DNA of 37,833 bases from an uncultured virus (IMG/VR IMGVR_UViG_3300027816_000082) (IMGVR_UViG_3300027816_000082), one strand, 5' to 3'; counted from the stretch's first letter, positions 1-9,293 are shown. Program-made: numbers and translations. Notes: generated by a model from the sequence alone, not told the origin.

Positions 1-3000
1 TTATCCGGTAAAATTACAGTAACCAAAGCCACTACAAGTGAAATTAGTTTATTTTTATTAAATAATATCAATGGTTTGCCATATTATTCAACACTTTCAA
101 GTTCCTTGGCTACTTCAGCCAGTTTAGGTAAAGTATTAAAAATCACCACCACTGATTATTATAATGCATTTACCGCTTCTGTACAAAGACGCAATTTTAC
201 GGTAGGTAAAACAACTAACTATAGTTTGGCAAATTTTGATTTCCAAAAATCACGTTTTTCAGGATCTATTTCATCTAGCGCAACTACGTATTCATTGGTA
301 TTTGATACAAATACATTTGGTAATATTTCTGGTTCTCAAAATACTGCTCCTAGATCATCTACTCATCCGTATTACAGTTATTTGACTGCTTCATATACAT
401 TAATCGGAAATACCGTTGTATATGGATTAGTTTTTGCTAAATGTCCATCATCTCAAACTACTAATTTTTCAACGGCTAATTATAATTTGGCTAAGTCTAC
501 AGGTAGTTATGAATTCCGCGTTGATAATTCAAGAATATCTCTTAGCGGTTCAATCAATGTGAAATTTGGATCCGTAGCAGCTACAAGTTTAGTAAATGCT
601 GGATCGACTGATGGCACAGGAACATTAAGTGGCAGTGTTTTATACGCTGACCAACAATTAAATATAGGCGGAATCGGTCCTATTTTATTTACCAAGAAAG
701 GCGCTCCATCGAATGCACAATATCCATATTATTATTTAACTTCAAGTGTACAAGCACAAGATGTAAGTGCAGAAACTGCAATTTCTACAGCGTTCGCTGA
801 AAGTACTGCTACAAGTGTATTATTTAGTAGTTCTTATTTTAACGATACTAGTATTGGATATAATAGAGACGTGTTAAATGTTTCTAGTGGAAACGTTCAA
901 TTACTAAGCGGTAGTGTTGCTTCTGTTCGTGGATCAGGAACATGCGTTGCTGGTTTACAGTTAAAAGGTGTAATTAGCGGTAATTATGGTAAATATACAG
1001 GAACATTTACGCCAGACGGAACAAATAGTAATGACCCATGTAATCCAAATACTTCAGGTCGTCAAAATATGATTTTGGCAGTATTGGCTAACACTCAAAA
1101 TGCTTCTGCTCAATTTAGCAGTGATTACGAGGTATATGGATTCAATAACACTACATTATCACAACTAACTAGTTCAACATTCCCATATAAGAATTTGATC
1201 AATCCAAACGAAAACGTTTATAATTTGGCTTTAAGATATAACTTTACAAATCCAAATGGCAGCGTTTCTTCTGGTACATACGGATATTACGATTTCAGTC
1301 TAAATGAAAATGATAATAACTATATTAAAGACGTATTTGGAGTTGATCCAACAGTTGGTAATCCTGATAAACAAATTGCTGGTCAAAAAGTTGAAGCTGC
1401 TTACAACTACGTTCTATTTGAAGATAGTATCAAGAAGTTCGTTGCTGAAAAAACCAGTAATTTGGGTTGGAAATTGCAAGTTGGTACAAATAGTATATCC
1501 GGAAGTACAATTGTGGGTGAACCACTTAAATTTGTAGATCAATATAGTACAAATTTAAACGCCGGTGATAGTCAATTCAGTATCACCAACGCAACTACTC
1601 CTTGGATCTATTCACAGAAGATAGCTCCATTTAAAGGTAGTGCGGCTGAATCTCCGGAACCAACAAAATTCCAATTATTCAGAGTACATACTTTGAGCGA
1701 CGGTACATTAAGTAATAAAAAATTTAAGATTGAAATTAGTAATGTTAAATTAGCAGGTACCGTACCTGGCAGCGATTGGGGCAGTTTCACATTAGCAGTA
1801 CGTGCTTATAGTGATACCGATAAGAAGCCTAAGTATCTTGAAATTTTCCAAAATTGTAATTTGGATCCAGAATCAGCAAACTATGTAGCACGTAAAGTAG
1901 GCGATAGATATGCTTATATTACCTACGCTGGTAAAATCATTCAATTTGGAGATTTTGTTAACTTAAGCAGATATATTAGAATTGAAATGGCCGATACTTC
2001 ATATCCGGTTAGTTCAGTACCATACGGATTTGAATCATATAGTACTCCGATTGATAGTACAGCTAGTATTTATGTTCCTTACATTCAATATAGTAAGGCA
2101 AGTATCTATGGTTTAGCTCCAGGTAAATATCCTTCTGGTACAGTGTTTGGAGGTGTACCACAAACGGACGATGAAATTCAATCTCTATATCCTACATCAT
2201 CATTTGGTGTCGGTGTAGAAAATAATACACACCAATACTTTAATCCACTACCTTACTACGGCAATACAGATTCAAATGGTCTAAATATAGACTTTGATCT
2301 AGAAGATAAAGTTTGGGGAACAAGTACTGCTAAATACTATGCTCAAGGTACTTCTGCAAGTACAGGTTCTTTATTAGCACCAAGTTTAAGTGGTAGTATT
2401 CCAAGTACCTATGACGCCGTTAATGAAAGTACGTATGTTAAACTACGTAAGTTCGTTGTTGGTTTCCAAGGTGGATTTGATGGTCAATGGCCAGCAATTC
2501 CTATCAACGTAGGTAGTGCTATTACGCCAGGTAATACACAAGGTCTAGACTGTACAAATATCAACAGTCCAGGTAGTATTGCTTATAAACAATGTATTGC
2601 TGCTCTAGGTAATGCCGATGAATTTGATATCAACTTGATTGTATTACCTGGTATCTTCCGTGAGATGCACAGTTATGTTACCGAATTGGTAATTGATATG
2701 TGTGAAACTCGCCAAGATTGTTTCTATATCATGGATAATGTGGTGTTCCCAGCAAGCAATCAAACCGTAGGATTGATTGATGCAGCAGTAAATACTGTAG
2801 CTACAGTTGATAGTAATTATGTAGGTACTTATTATCCGTGGGTTAAGATCCTAGATACCAATACCAATAAGATTATTAGTGTACCACCTTCAGTTGTATT
2901 ACCAGCGGTTTATGCTGCTAATGATAATGCTGCCGCTGAATGGTACGCTCCAGCCGGTTTAAACCGTGGTGGTATTCCTCAAGCAGTACAAGTACTTGAT

Positions 3001-3444
3001 AGAGTAACACACAGCGAACGTGATACACTCTATGAAGGTCGTGTAAATCCAATCGCAGCATTCCCTGGCCAGGGTATCTGTGTATGGGGTCAAAAGACTC
3101 TTCAAATCGCTCCAAGTGCTTTGGATCGTATCAATGTACGTCGTTTGTTGATCAACTTGAAGAAGTTTATCGCGAGCTCAAGCAACTACTTGGTATTCGA
3201 ACAAAACGTAGCTGCTACACGTAACAGATTCTTGAGTATCGTAACTCCATATTTGGAATCTGTACAACAACGTAACGGTATTTACGCATTCCAAGTCAAG
3301 ATGGATGAAACTAATAATACACCCGATTTGATAGATAGAAATATTCTATATGGTCAAATCTATATTCAACCAACTCGTACTGCTGAATTTATTATACTCG
3401 ATTTCAACATACTTCCTACAGGAGGGGCTAGTTTTAATGTTTGA
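1..3444 (+). CDS. gp18: Contractile tail sheath protein (T4 gp18-like), 5'-truncated, >1147 aa with large insertions
   Basis: C-terminal motifs YYPWVKI, WYAPAGLNRGGI, VNPIAAFPGQGICVWGQKTL, LDRINVRRL, FEQN, IQPTRTAEFIILDF. The frame is open from base 1, so the TTG at 76 is probably not the real start. Confidence 0.95.
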   Translation, partial: LSGKITVTKATTSEISLFLLNNINGLPYYSTLSSSLATSASLGKVLKITTTDYYNAFTASVQRRNFTVGKTTNYSLANFDFQKSRFSGSISSSATTYSLVFDTNTFGNISGSQNTAPRSSTHPYYSYLTASYTLIGNTVVYGLVFAKCPSSQTTNFSTANYNLAKSTGSYEFRVDNSRISLSGSINVKFGSVAATSLVNAGSTDGTGTLSGSVLYADQQLNIGGIGPILFTKKGAPSNAQYPYYYLTSSVQAQDVSAETAISTAFAESTATSVLFSSSYFNDTSIGYNRDVLNVSSGNVQLLSGSVASVRGSGTCVAGLQLKGVISGNYGKYTGTFTPDGTNSNDPCNPNTSGRQNMILAVLANTQNASAQFSSDYEVYGFNNTTLSQLTSSTFPYKNLINPNENVYNLALRYNFTNPNGSVSSGTYGYYDFSLNENDNNYIKDVFGVDPTVGNPDKQIAGQKVEAAYNYVLFEDSIKKFVAEKTSNLGWKLQVGTNSISGSTIVGEPLKFVDQYSTNLNAGDSQFSITNATTPWIYSQKIAPFKGSAAESPEPTKFQLFRVHTLSDGTLSNKKFKIEISNVKLAGTVPGSDWGSFTLAVRAYSDTDKKPKYLEIFQNCNLDPESANYVARKVGDRYAYITYAGKIIQFGDFVNLSRYIRIEMADTSYPVSSVPYGFESYSTPIDSTASIYVPYIQYSKASIYGLAPGKYPSGTVFGGVPQTDDEIQSLYPTSSFGVGVENNTHQYFNPLPYYGNTDSNGLNIDFDLEDKVWGTSTAKYYAQGTSASTGSLLAPSLSGSIPSTYDAVNESTYVKLRKFVVGFQGGFDGQWPAIPINVGSAITPGNTQGLDCTNINSPGSIAYKQCIAALGNADEFDINLIVLPGIFREMHSYVTELVIDMCETRQDCFYIMDNVVFPASNQTVGLIDAAVNTVATVDSNYVGTYYPWVKILDTNTNKIISVPPSVVLPAVYAANDNAAAEWYAPAGLNRGGIPQAVQVLDRVTHSERDTLYEGRVNPIAAFPGQGICVWGQKTLQIAPSALDRINVRRLLINLKKFIASSSNYLVFEQNVAATRNRFLSIVTPYLESVQQRNGIYAFQVKMDETNNTPDLIDRNILYGQIYIQPTRTAEFIILDFNILPTGGASFNV

Positions 3445-3459
3445 TAATAAATAATTCAC

Positions 3460-3492
3460 AAAACCTCGCTTAGAAATAAGCGAGGTTTTTGT
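3460..3492 (+). terminator. Intrinsic terminator, likely bidirectional
   Basis: Perfect stem aaaacctcgctta / taagcgaggtttt with a GAAA loop and T-tract, 15 nt after the sheath stop codon. Confidence 0.9.
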
Positions 3493-3548
3493 TTTAATTT
3501 TTTGGTTAGTCGGTTAATATTTATTAAATATCATATTAACTCTGTATT

Positions 3549-3753
3549 AATTTATATAAACAAATTGGTATGTCATTTGTAGATAACACTACGTCTGGAT
3601 ATCACTATTTTCATAAAAACAAAGGAGTACCAATTGAAAGAAAAACTTGAAAAATTTGATATTAATTTAAGTGAATGGCAAAATATGCAAATTAATGGTT
3701 ATGATAGAATATGGGACTGTGGACATATGAAATTTGAATGGAAACGTAATTAA
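3549..3753 (+). pseudogene. C-terminal relic of a Hef-like phage homing endonuclease
   Basis: Two out-of-frame pieces: NLYKQIGMSFVDNTTSGYHYFHKNKGVPIER and LKEKLEKFDINLSEWQNMQINGYDRIWDCGHMKFEWKRN*. The EWxNMxxNGYDRIWDCG..KFEW ending is typical of Hef-like proteins. No N-terminal part is present. Confidence 0.75.
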
Positions 3754-3757
3754 TACA

Positions 3758-3765
3758 TATTTATA
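3758..3765 (+). promoter_or_regulatory. Putative late promoter TATTTATA
   Basis: 4 nt upstream of the ATG at 3770; the same motif recurs before many genes. Confidence 0.6.
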
Positions 3766-3769
3766 TAAT

Positions 3770-4072
3770 ATGATACGGTTAAAATCTATACTTGCTACGG
3801 CCAAACAAGAAAATGACACAAATCATTTAGTTAAAGAACAATTGTTAAAAGATTCTTCGTTAATAGATCAAGTGATAAATGACACAAACGTTCTTGTTGT
3901 TAACAATTTAAAAACGATAAAAGATATTTTGTCAAAAGAGCCACTGGATAAAGAAAAGTTAAAAATAGCATTAAATAATTATAAACGTTATTTTAATAGA
4001 GATAACGGAGGTACACCTGAAGTTATTAGAGGAATGACTTTTCAAAAAGAGTTGGAAAATCTTTTAAAATGA
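3770..4072 (+). CDS. Hypothetical protein, putative internal head protein
   Basis: Start moved to ATG 3770 (MIRLKSILATAKQE) on the basis of the promoter motif and shared leader; ATGA overlap with the next gene. Confidence 0.7.
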   Translation: MIRLKSILATAKQENDTNHLVKEQLLKDSSLIDQVINDTNVLVVNNLKTIKDILSKEPLDKEKLKIALNNYKRYFNRDNGGTPEVIRGMTFQKELENLLK

Positions 4073-4854
4073 TTAGTTTAACCGATCTATTGTTAGAAGC
4101 CAAACTTCCTCAAAGCGAGCAAGATATGGATCTTTATGCTCGTAAATACAAAAAAACAATAGATTATTTACGTACCAAGAACAAAGTACTATTGTTAACT
4201 ACCAGTAATAGATGGAGTCAACACAAAGACGATGTTCCAAAGAGTACTCAATTAGCAATTAAAATACAAGAATTATTGGGTAAAGAAAAAGTCACATTGA
4301 TTGAAGTACCCAGTTTAAATATAGCTCCGTGTGAAGGCAATGTTAGTAGCAACTTAAAATACGACGGAAATCATTGTGGCGTTGCAAAAGCATTATTAAA
4401 AGATAAAGAAAAGAATCCAAGTGGATATCATCGTTGTTGGGCAAGTCTTAATGAAAAAGGGGATGAACTTTGGAAGATTACCAAAGAACTGTTTGAAAGT
4501 GATTGTGTAGTATTTTTTGCTAGTGTTAGATGGGGTCAAGCTAATGGTTATTATCAAAAACTCATTGAACGTTTAACTTGGATTGAAAACAGACACTCTA
4601 CTCTTGGAGAAAAGAATGTTGTAAAAGACATTGAAGCTGGATTTATTGCAGTTGGACAAAATTGGCACGGTAAACAAGTTGTTGAAACTCAAAGAGCAGT
4701 ATTAGGCGATTATTACCAATTCAAAACATCAGATGTATTGTTCTGGAATTGGCAATTTACACAAGATGATACAGACGAAACTAAACGTTCTTATGATAAA
4801 GCAGTTAGAGTGTTTGATAAAACATTTTTAAAACCATATGATAAAGCTGAATAA
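4069..4854 (+). CDS. Flavodoxin-fold NADPH-dependent FMN reductase / iron-sulfur flavoprotein-like protein
   Basis: LLLTTSNR..KSTQLA phosphate-loop-like segment, IAPCEG..HC..HRCWAS cysteines, DCVVFFASVRWGQANGYYQKLIERL; leader MISLTDLLLE. Confidence 0.8.
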   Translation: MISLTDLLLEAKLPQSEQDMDLYARKYKKTIDYLRTKNKVLLLTTSNRWSQHKDDVPKSTQLAIKIQELLGKEKVTLIEVPSLNIAPCEGNVSSNLKYDGNHCGVAKALLKDKEKNPSGYHRCWASLNEKGDELWKITKELFESDCVVFFASVRWGQANGYYQKLIERLTWIENRHSTLGEKNVVKDIEAGFIAVGQNWHGKQVVETQRAVLGDYYQFKTSDVLFWNWQFTQDDTDETKRSYDKAVRVFDKTFLKPYDKAE

Positions 4855-5872
4855 TATATTAAACGAAGTAATACAAGAAGGCGGCGCTGGAGGCCATATG
4901 GCACATCCATTTGATTTTGTAAATACAGGAGCTAAATTAGTGGATGTATTTTCTAAATCTGTAAAGTCATTAAAACAAGGCGCTGGCAGTGTTAAAATAG
5001 ATGGTGTAAATGCTAGTATTCGTTTGGTAAATGGACAATTTGTGATGGATCGTGGTAGCGCAAAACCACTTGATATCAAAGGAATGCGACCAGAAGACTT
5101 GCCTAGTCGATTTGAACCAGGCCACGGATTTATAAATATTGGTACCAAAGTAATTAATATTTTTGATGAATCAATTCCTAGTACAAAATCAGAATTAAAA
5201 AAATTAGGATTGTTAGATAATCCAAATATATTGTTTAATATAGAATATGTAGAAGGACAAACCAATGTTTTGGGTTATGGCGAAATAGGAAACTTTTTAG
5301 CTATTCACGGATTGAAAGAAATTAAGCCAAAAACATTTGGTAAAGATGGAAGTGTTAAATCGAGAGTAGCCAGTGAAATTCCATATGACAAAATAGCGAT
5401 GCAATCTTATATAAATAAATTAAATAAGATTGCTATGAAGTATGGATTTAAGGTGCTGGGTAGTGTTGATACTACTTTCAAATCAGAACCAAAACTAGCA
5501 AGTGTTTTAACTCAACCAGTTACATTGTATCCAACGGGTGAAGCTGTAACTAAGTCTTTGAAGGATTGGTTGAAAGGTTTGAAGTTTACAACTCCACTAA
5601 TTACAAGAGAACAATTTTTGAAAGCGGTTGAAAGTAGAAATATTAGTCAAAATTTTGCTGGGCAAGATTTAAATAAAGTGGTAAGTGATACAATTGTTTA
5701 TTTAACTACGATTAAATTAGGCGATGAAATATTAAAAAATGCTACAAGTGAAATCGGAGATCTAGATAAACATGAAGGTATAGTTGTAAGAGATACCAGT
5801 ATTAGTTCTAACCCATTTAAAATTACAGGAAGTTTTATTATAAAAGGTCTCGGAAGTAAGTTTAAGAAATAA
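4838..5872 (+). CDS. ATP-dependent ligase/nucleotidyltransferase-like protein (DUF6267-like)
   Basis: EGGAGGHMAHPFD start, then KIDG (motif I), FNIEYV (III), EGIVVRD (IV), FKITG (V); leader MIKLNNILNE. Confidence 0.6.
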   Translation: MIKLNNILNEVIQEGGAGGHMAHPFDFVNTGAKLVDVFSKSVKSLKQGAGSVKIDGVNASIRLVNGQFVMDRGSAKPLDIKGMRPEDLPSRFEPGHGFINIGTKVINIFDESIPSTKSELKKLGLLDNPNILFNIEYVEGQTNVLGYGEIGNFLAIHGLKEIKPKTFGKDGSVKSRVASEIPYDKIAMQSYINKLNKIAMKYGFKVLGSVDTTFKSEPKLASVLTQPVTLYPTGEAVTKSLKDWLKGLKFTTPLITREQFLKAVESRNISQNFAGQDLNKVVSDTIVYLTTIKLGDEILKNATSEIGDLDKHEGIVVRDTSISSNPFKITGSFIIKGLGSKFKK

Positions 5873-5890
5873 AATAAATACGTATTTGTT

Positions 5891-6532
5891 ATGAAAAAAG
5901 CATCAGGTAAAAGTAATCTATCAATTGTAAAAGATTACGTCGAAGGCAACCGTCCATTTGTACAGTTTGGTTACGATCCCAATTTAAACAATAATAAACG
6001 CAAAGAAGGTGAAGAGTGGGAAGACTCACAAGGTAGAAAGTGGATTTGGAAAAATGGTGTAAAACGTAGAGTTCCAAAGAAAGCTAAAATTATCAACGAA
6101 CAACGTTGTAAAGAATGTAATATGGATGTTCGGTGGGGGAATTATTTAGATGATCGTGTATGGCCAAAAACGGGCATGTGTTACGATTGTTATATTAATT
6201 TTCAAACCAATCTGAAATTGATTGGTATGTTTGAAATTTACAACGAACTTCAAGATTTGAAGAATGAACGTAGTATTTTAGAAGACTATAAGAAAAAATT
6301 TGAAGAAAGCAAAAAATTTTGTGAAGAAAATCAAGGTAAACCAGTTGAATTTTTAGAAGAAGATGGTTCTTTTGAACGATGGGAAGGTATTCAAGATTAT
6401 AATAAAATACTAGAAGATTTAAATAAAGATTTGGAGTTACTCTATAAACGTTTAGAAGAACTAAATGCCAAAATAAAAGAGTACGAAGAACAATATGAGT
6501 CAGCAAAATCTCAGAGAAATAATAAAAAGTGA
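5891..6532 (+). CDS. Zn-finger/coiled-coil protein upstream of TerL (possible small terminase or packaging accessory)
   Basis: CKEC...CYDC, C-terminal coiled coil, overlaps the TerL start. Confidence 0.55.
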   Translation: MKKASGKSNLSIVKDYVEGNRPFVQFGYDPNLNNNKRKEGEEWEDSQGRKWIWKNGVKRRVPKKAKIINEQRCKECNMDVRWGNYLDDRVWPKTGMCYDCYINFQTNLKLIGMFEIYNELQDLKNERSILEDYKKKFEESKKFCEENQGKPVEFLEEDGSFERWEGIQDYNKILEDLNKDLELLYKRLEELNAKIKEYEEQYESAKSQRNNKK

Positions 6533-7340
6533 GTATAAGAAGTGTATAGAAGATCCTATATACTTCATGAAAAAGTACGTTAAGATTCAACATCCTATAA
6601 GAGGAACAGTTGGATTTGAACTATACCCATTTCAAGAAGAGGCTTTGGAAGAGTTTGTTGATAATCAATTAAACATTGTTCTTAAAAGTCGTCAGATGGG
6701 TATTAGTACTCTTACCGCCGCATATAGTTTGTGGTTAATGACGTTCCACAATGATAAGAATATTCTTTGTATTAGTATTACTCAAGAAACCGCAAAAGAA
6801 ATCGTTACCAAAGTAAGATTTGCAAATGATAATCTTCCAAGTTGGTTGAAAGTTCCTTGTGTAGAAGACAATAGATTATCATTACGATTGAAGAATGGAT
6901 CTCAAATCAAAGCGGTATCATCTGCCGGTACCGCAGGTCGTTCATCAGCTCTATCATTACTAATTATTGACGAAGCTGCATTTATCGATGGTATTGAGGA
7001 AATTTGGCTGTCTGCTCAATATACATTATCTACCGGTGGTAGAGCTATTATATTAAGTACTCCCAACGGCGTTGGTAACTTCTTCCATAAAACTTGGGTT
7101 GAAGCTGAAGAAGGTAAAAATAACTTCAAGACTATACGATTGCCATGGCATTTACATCCAGAAAGAGACCAGACTTGGAGAGATAAACAAACAGAATTGT
7201 CGGGTGTGAAAGGAGCCGCACAAGAATGTGATTGTCTATGGGGAGACTCTGTTGTTAGAGTTAAAGATAAATTGTCTGGAAAAGAATTTGATATTTCTTT
7301 GGAAAAGTTATATTCTGGGGATTTACAATTATATGTATAA
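6495..7340 (+). CDS. terL: Terminase large subunit, N-terminal ATPase half (aa 1-246) fused to a 35-aa split-intein N-fragment
   Basis: LYPFQ, Walker A KSRQMGIST, Walker B LLIIDEAAF, STPNG, then AAQECD|CLWGDSVVRV...LQLYV*. Confidence 0.95.
   Translation: MSQQNLREIIKSEYKKCIEDPIYFMKKYVKIQHPIRGTVGFELYPFQEEALEEFVDNQLNIVLKSRQMGISTLTAAYSLWLMTFHNDKNILCISITQETAKEIVTKVRFANDNLPSWLKVPCVEDNRLSLRLKNGSQIKAVSSAGTAGRSSALSLLIIDEAAFIDGIEEIWLSAQYTLSTGGRAIILSTPNGVGNFFHKTWVEAEEGKNNFKTIRLPWHLHPERDQTWRDKQTELSGVKGAAQECDCLWGDSVVRVKDKLSGKEFDISLEKLYSGDLQLYV
7233..7337 (+). mobile_element. Split intein N-fragment (IntN, 35 aa)
   Basis: Block A-like CLWGDSVVRVKD...DISLEKLY begins exactly where the terminase QECD motif breaks off. 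Confidence 0.9.
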
Positions 7341-7343
7341 TAC

Positions 7344-8102
7344 ATGAATGTGATTGCGACTCATACGCATATGCCTAAAAATTATGCATCTATAGGATGG
7401 AATAAAATCAAACAACAATTAAGTTGTGAAACAGATTTATATTCAACCGAGGAAACAAAATCCGAATTGTTAAAAAACGATTATTATAAATTTTTATTTG
7501 GTCGTGCAAAGAATAGAACTTTGATGAAACAAAATCCAAAATTATACAAATCTATTCTTTTTCATACGGAGATTCTAGAAAAATCATTTAAACAACAACA
7601 AAGTTACAAGGGATGGTATAGTTTTTCGTACCGAATTCGTTTTATTGTTGAACATAACTACGATTTAATAAAATTGAAATGTCAATGTGGAAAAAAAATA
7701 ACATGGACTAAATATTGTCGTAGATGTCCTGAATATCATAAAACCCAGACCGGTAAATCACACACTCCGGAAACAAAACAAAAAATGAGAGTATCCGCGT
7801 TAAAGTATCTATCAGAAACAAAAGGACAAATTATACCCCGTTATAACAAGAGATCAATACAACTGATAGAGGAATTTGGTAATAAACATGGATATACATT
7901 TAGACATGCTGAAAACGGAGGTGAGGTTTTTCTTAAAGAACTTGGTTATTGGTTGGATGCATATGATGAGAAAAATAACGTCGTGTTGGAAATATATGAA
8001 AAAAGACACTATAAAAATGGTAAATTGAAACAACGAGATTTCCAACGAGAAAATGAAATTAAAAATTTATTAGGGTGTAAATTGTTCACGATTGACATAT
8101 GA
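7344..8102 (+). CDS. Free-standing homing endonuclease (Zn-finger + NUMOD3 + Vsr-like PD-(D/E)XK domain) between the intein halves
   Basis: CQC..CRRC, GKSHTPETKQKMRVSAL (NUMOD3), HAENGGE..GYWLDAYDEKNNVVLEIYEKRHY..RDFQRENEI. Confidence 0.8.
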   Translation: MNVIATHTHMPKNYASIGWNKIKQQLSCETDLYSTEETKSELLKNDYYKFLFGRAKNRTLMKQNPKLYKSILFHTEILEKSFKQQQSYKGWYSFSYRIRFIVEHNYDLIKLKCQCGKKITWTKYCRRCPEYHKTQTGKSHTPETKQKMRVSALKYLSETKGQIIPRYNKRSIQLIEEFGNKHGYTFRHAENGGEVFLKELGYWLDAYDEKNNVVLEIYEKRHYKNGKLKQRDFQRENEIKNLLGCKLFTIDI

Positions 8103-8440
8103 ATCATTCGAAAATTAAACTAAATACTAGATTTCAGATTTTGACTCCGACTGGATATCAGGATTTTTTTGGAATCAGAAAAGTAAAAAAAGATTGTTAT
8201 TATACCATTTTATTGAGTAACGGAAAAATAATAAAATGTTCGGATAATCATTCATTTATTTACAACAACGTCGAGGTTCGATCTCATGATATCAGTATTG
8301 GATCAAAAATATCAGGAGTTGATGGTATAGAGGTGGTTGTTGTATCAATAGAAAAATTTGAAAACACGATTGATTTGTATGATATAGTAAATGTATCAGG
8401 TGGTAATATTTTTAATGTAGATGGAATTGTTTCACATAAT
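8099..8440 (+). mobile_element. Split intein C-fragment (IntC, 114 aa)
   Basis: Ends His-Asn at 8435-8440, followed by Cys+1 at 8441. Confidence 0.92.
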
Positions 8441-9292
8441 TGTGATTTTTCTACTTCTGGTAATCAAGTTGTTAGTGTAGATGTTCTTGAGTTTTACAAA
8501 CAAACATATTTAAAAGATCCTATAGAAAAACGTGGTAACAATCAAGATTTATGGATCTGGGATTATCCAAATTACAGCAAAAACTACATATTGACGGCGG
8601 ATTGTGCTAGAGGAGATGGTGGAGATTTTAGTGCATTTCATGTTATTGACATTGAAACAATGGAACAAGTGGCTGAATACAAAGGTCAACTAACCACTAA
8701 AGATTACGGTAATTTATTAGTCAGTGTAGCTACTGAATATAATAACGCATTGTTAGTTGTAGAAAATAACAACGTAGGATGGGGAACTCTTCAACAGATT
8801 ATAGATAGAGACTATCAGAATACGTTTTATAGTGCAACCGATCTTACTATTGTAGATGTAGAAAAGTCTTATAGTAATAAATTACACGCGCAAGATAAAA
8901 AATTAGTCGCTGGGTTTACAACAACGAGTAAAAATAGACCATTAATAGTGAGTAATTTAGAGTTATTTTTTAGACAAAAACAAGTTATAATCAAATCAAA
9001 ACGGTTATACGAAGAATTGAATGTATTTATTTGGAACGGACCGAAAGCCGAAGCGATGAGAGGTTATAACGACGATTTGGTGATGTCTATTGGTATAGGA
9101 TTATGGGTTCGTGAAACTGCTTTGAGGCTTAGAAACGATCAAATTGCATATAATAAAGCTATGATTTCTAAAATATCCAAAGTAACAAGTCCTGTAATAT
9201 TACCTAGAGAAATTAGCTCTATACCGGATTATCAAAAGACACTTGAATTTTCCGTTAATGATAAAAAAGAAAGTTTAACTTGGTTATTGTAA
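8099..9292 (+). CDS. terL: 114-aa split-intein C-fragment fused to the terminase large subunit C-terminal nuclease half
   Basis: ILTPTGY, block B KCSDNH, block F LYDIV, block G VSHN|C, then CDFSTSG, ADCARGDGGDFSAF, VENNNVG, GYNDDLVMS (RNase H-like terminase nuclease). Confidence 0.95.
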   Translation: MNHSKIKLNTRFQILTPTGYQDFFGIRKVKKDCYYTILLSNGKIIKCSDNHSFIYNNVEVRSHDISIGSKISGVDGIEVVVVSIEKFENTIDLYDIVNVSGGNIFNVDGIVSHNCDFSTSGNQVVSVDVLEFYKQTYLKDPIEKRGNNQDLWIWDYPNYSKNYILTADCARGDGGDFSAFHVIDIETMEQVAEYKGQLTTKDYGNLLVSVATEYNNALLVVENNNVGWGTLQQIIDRDYQNTFYSATDLTIVDVEKSYSNKLHAQDKKLVAGFTTTSKNRPLIVSNLELFFRQKQVIIKSKRLYEELNVFIWNGPKAEAMRGYNDDLVMSIGIGLWVRETALRLRNDQIAYNKAMISKISKVTSPVILPREISSIPDYQKTLEFSVNDKKESLTWLL

Positions 9293-9293
9293 A

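Noticed and set aside
76..78. TTG start of the sheath as given by the ORF track
   Set aside because: The frame is open to the window edge and the conserved sheath N-terminus is missing.
3734..3769. Upstream start of the 112-aa ORF
   Set aside because: It overlaps the endonuclease relic and the promoter motif; ATG 3770 fits better.
7338..7343. Stop-codon readthrough or recoding to make a contiguous intein
   Set aside because: IntN and the endonuclease are in frame across a TAA, but IntC is in a different frame. TAA is the dominant stop here, and genes across the window read normally in the standard code.
7233..8440. Group I intron or simple frameshifted/pseudogenised terminase
   Set aside because: Both flanks carry in-frame intein motifs (Cys1; His-Asn/Cys+1), and there is no non-coding space for a ribozyme core.
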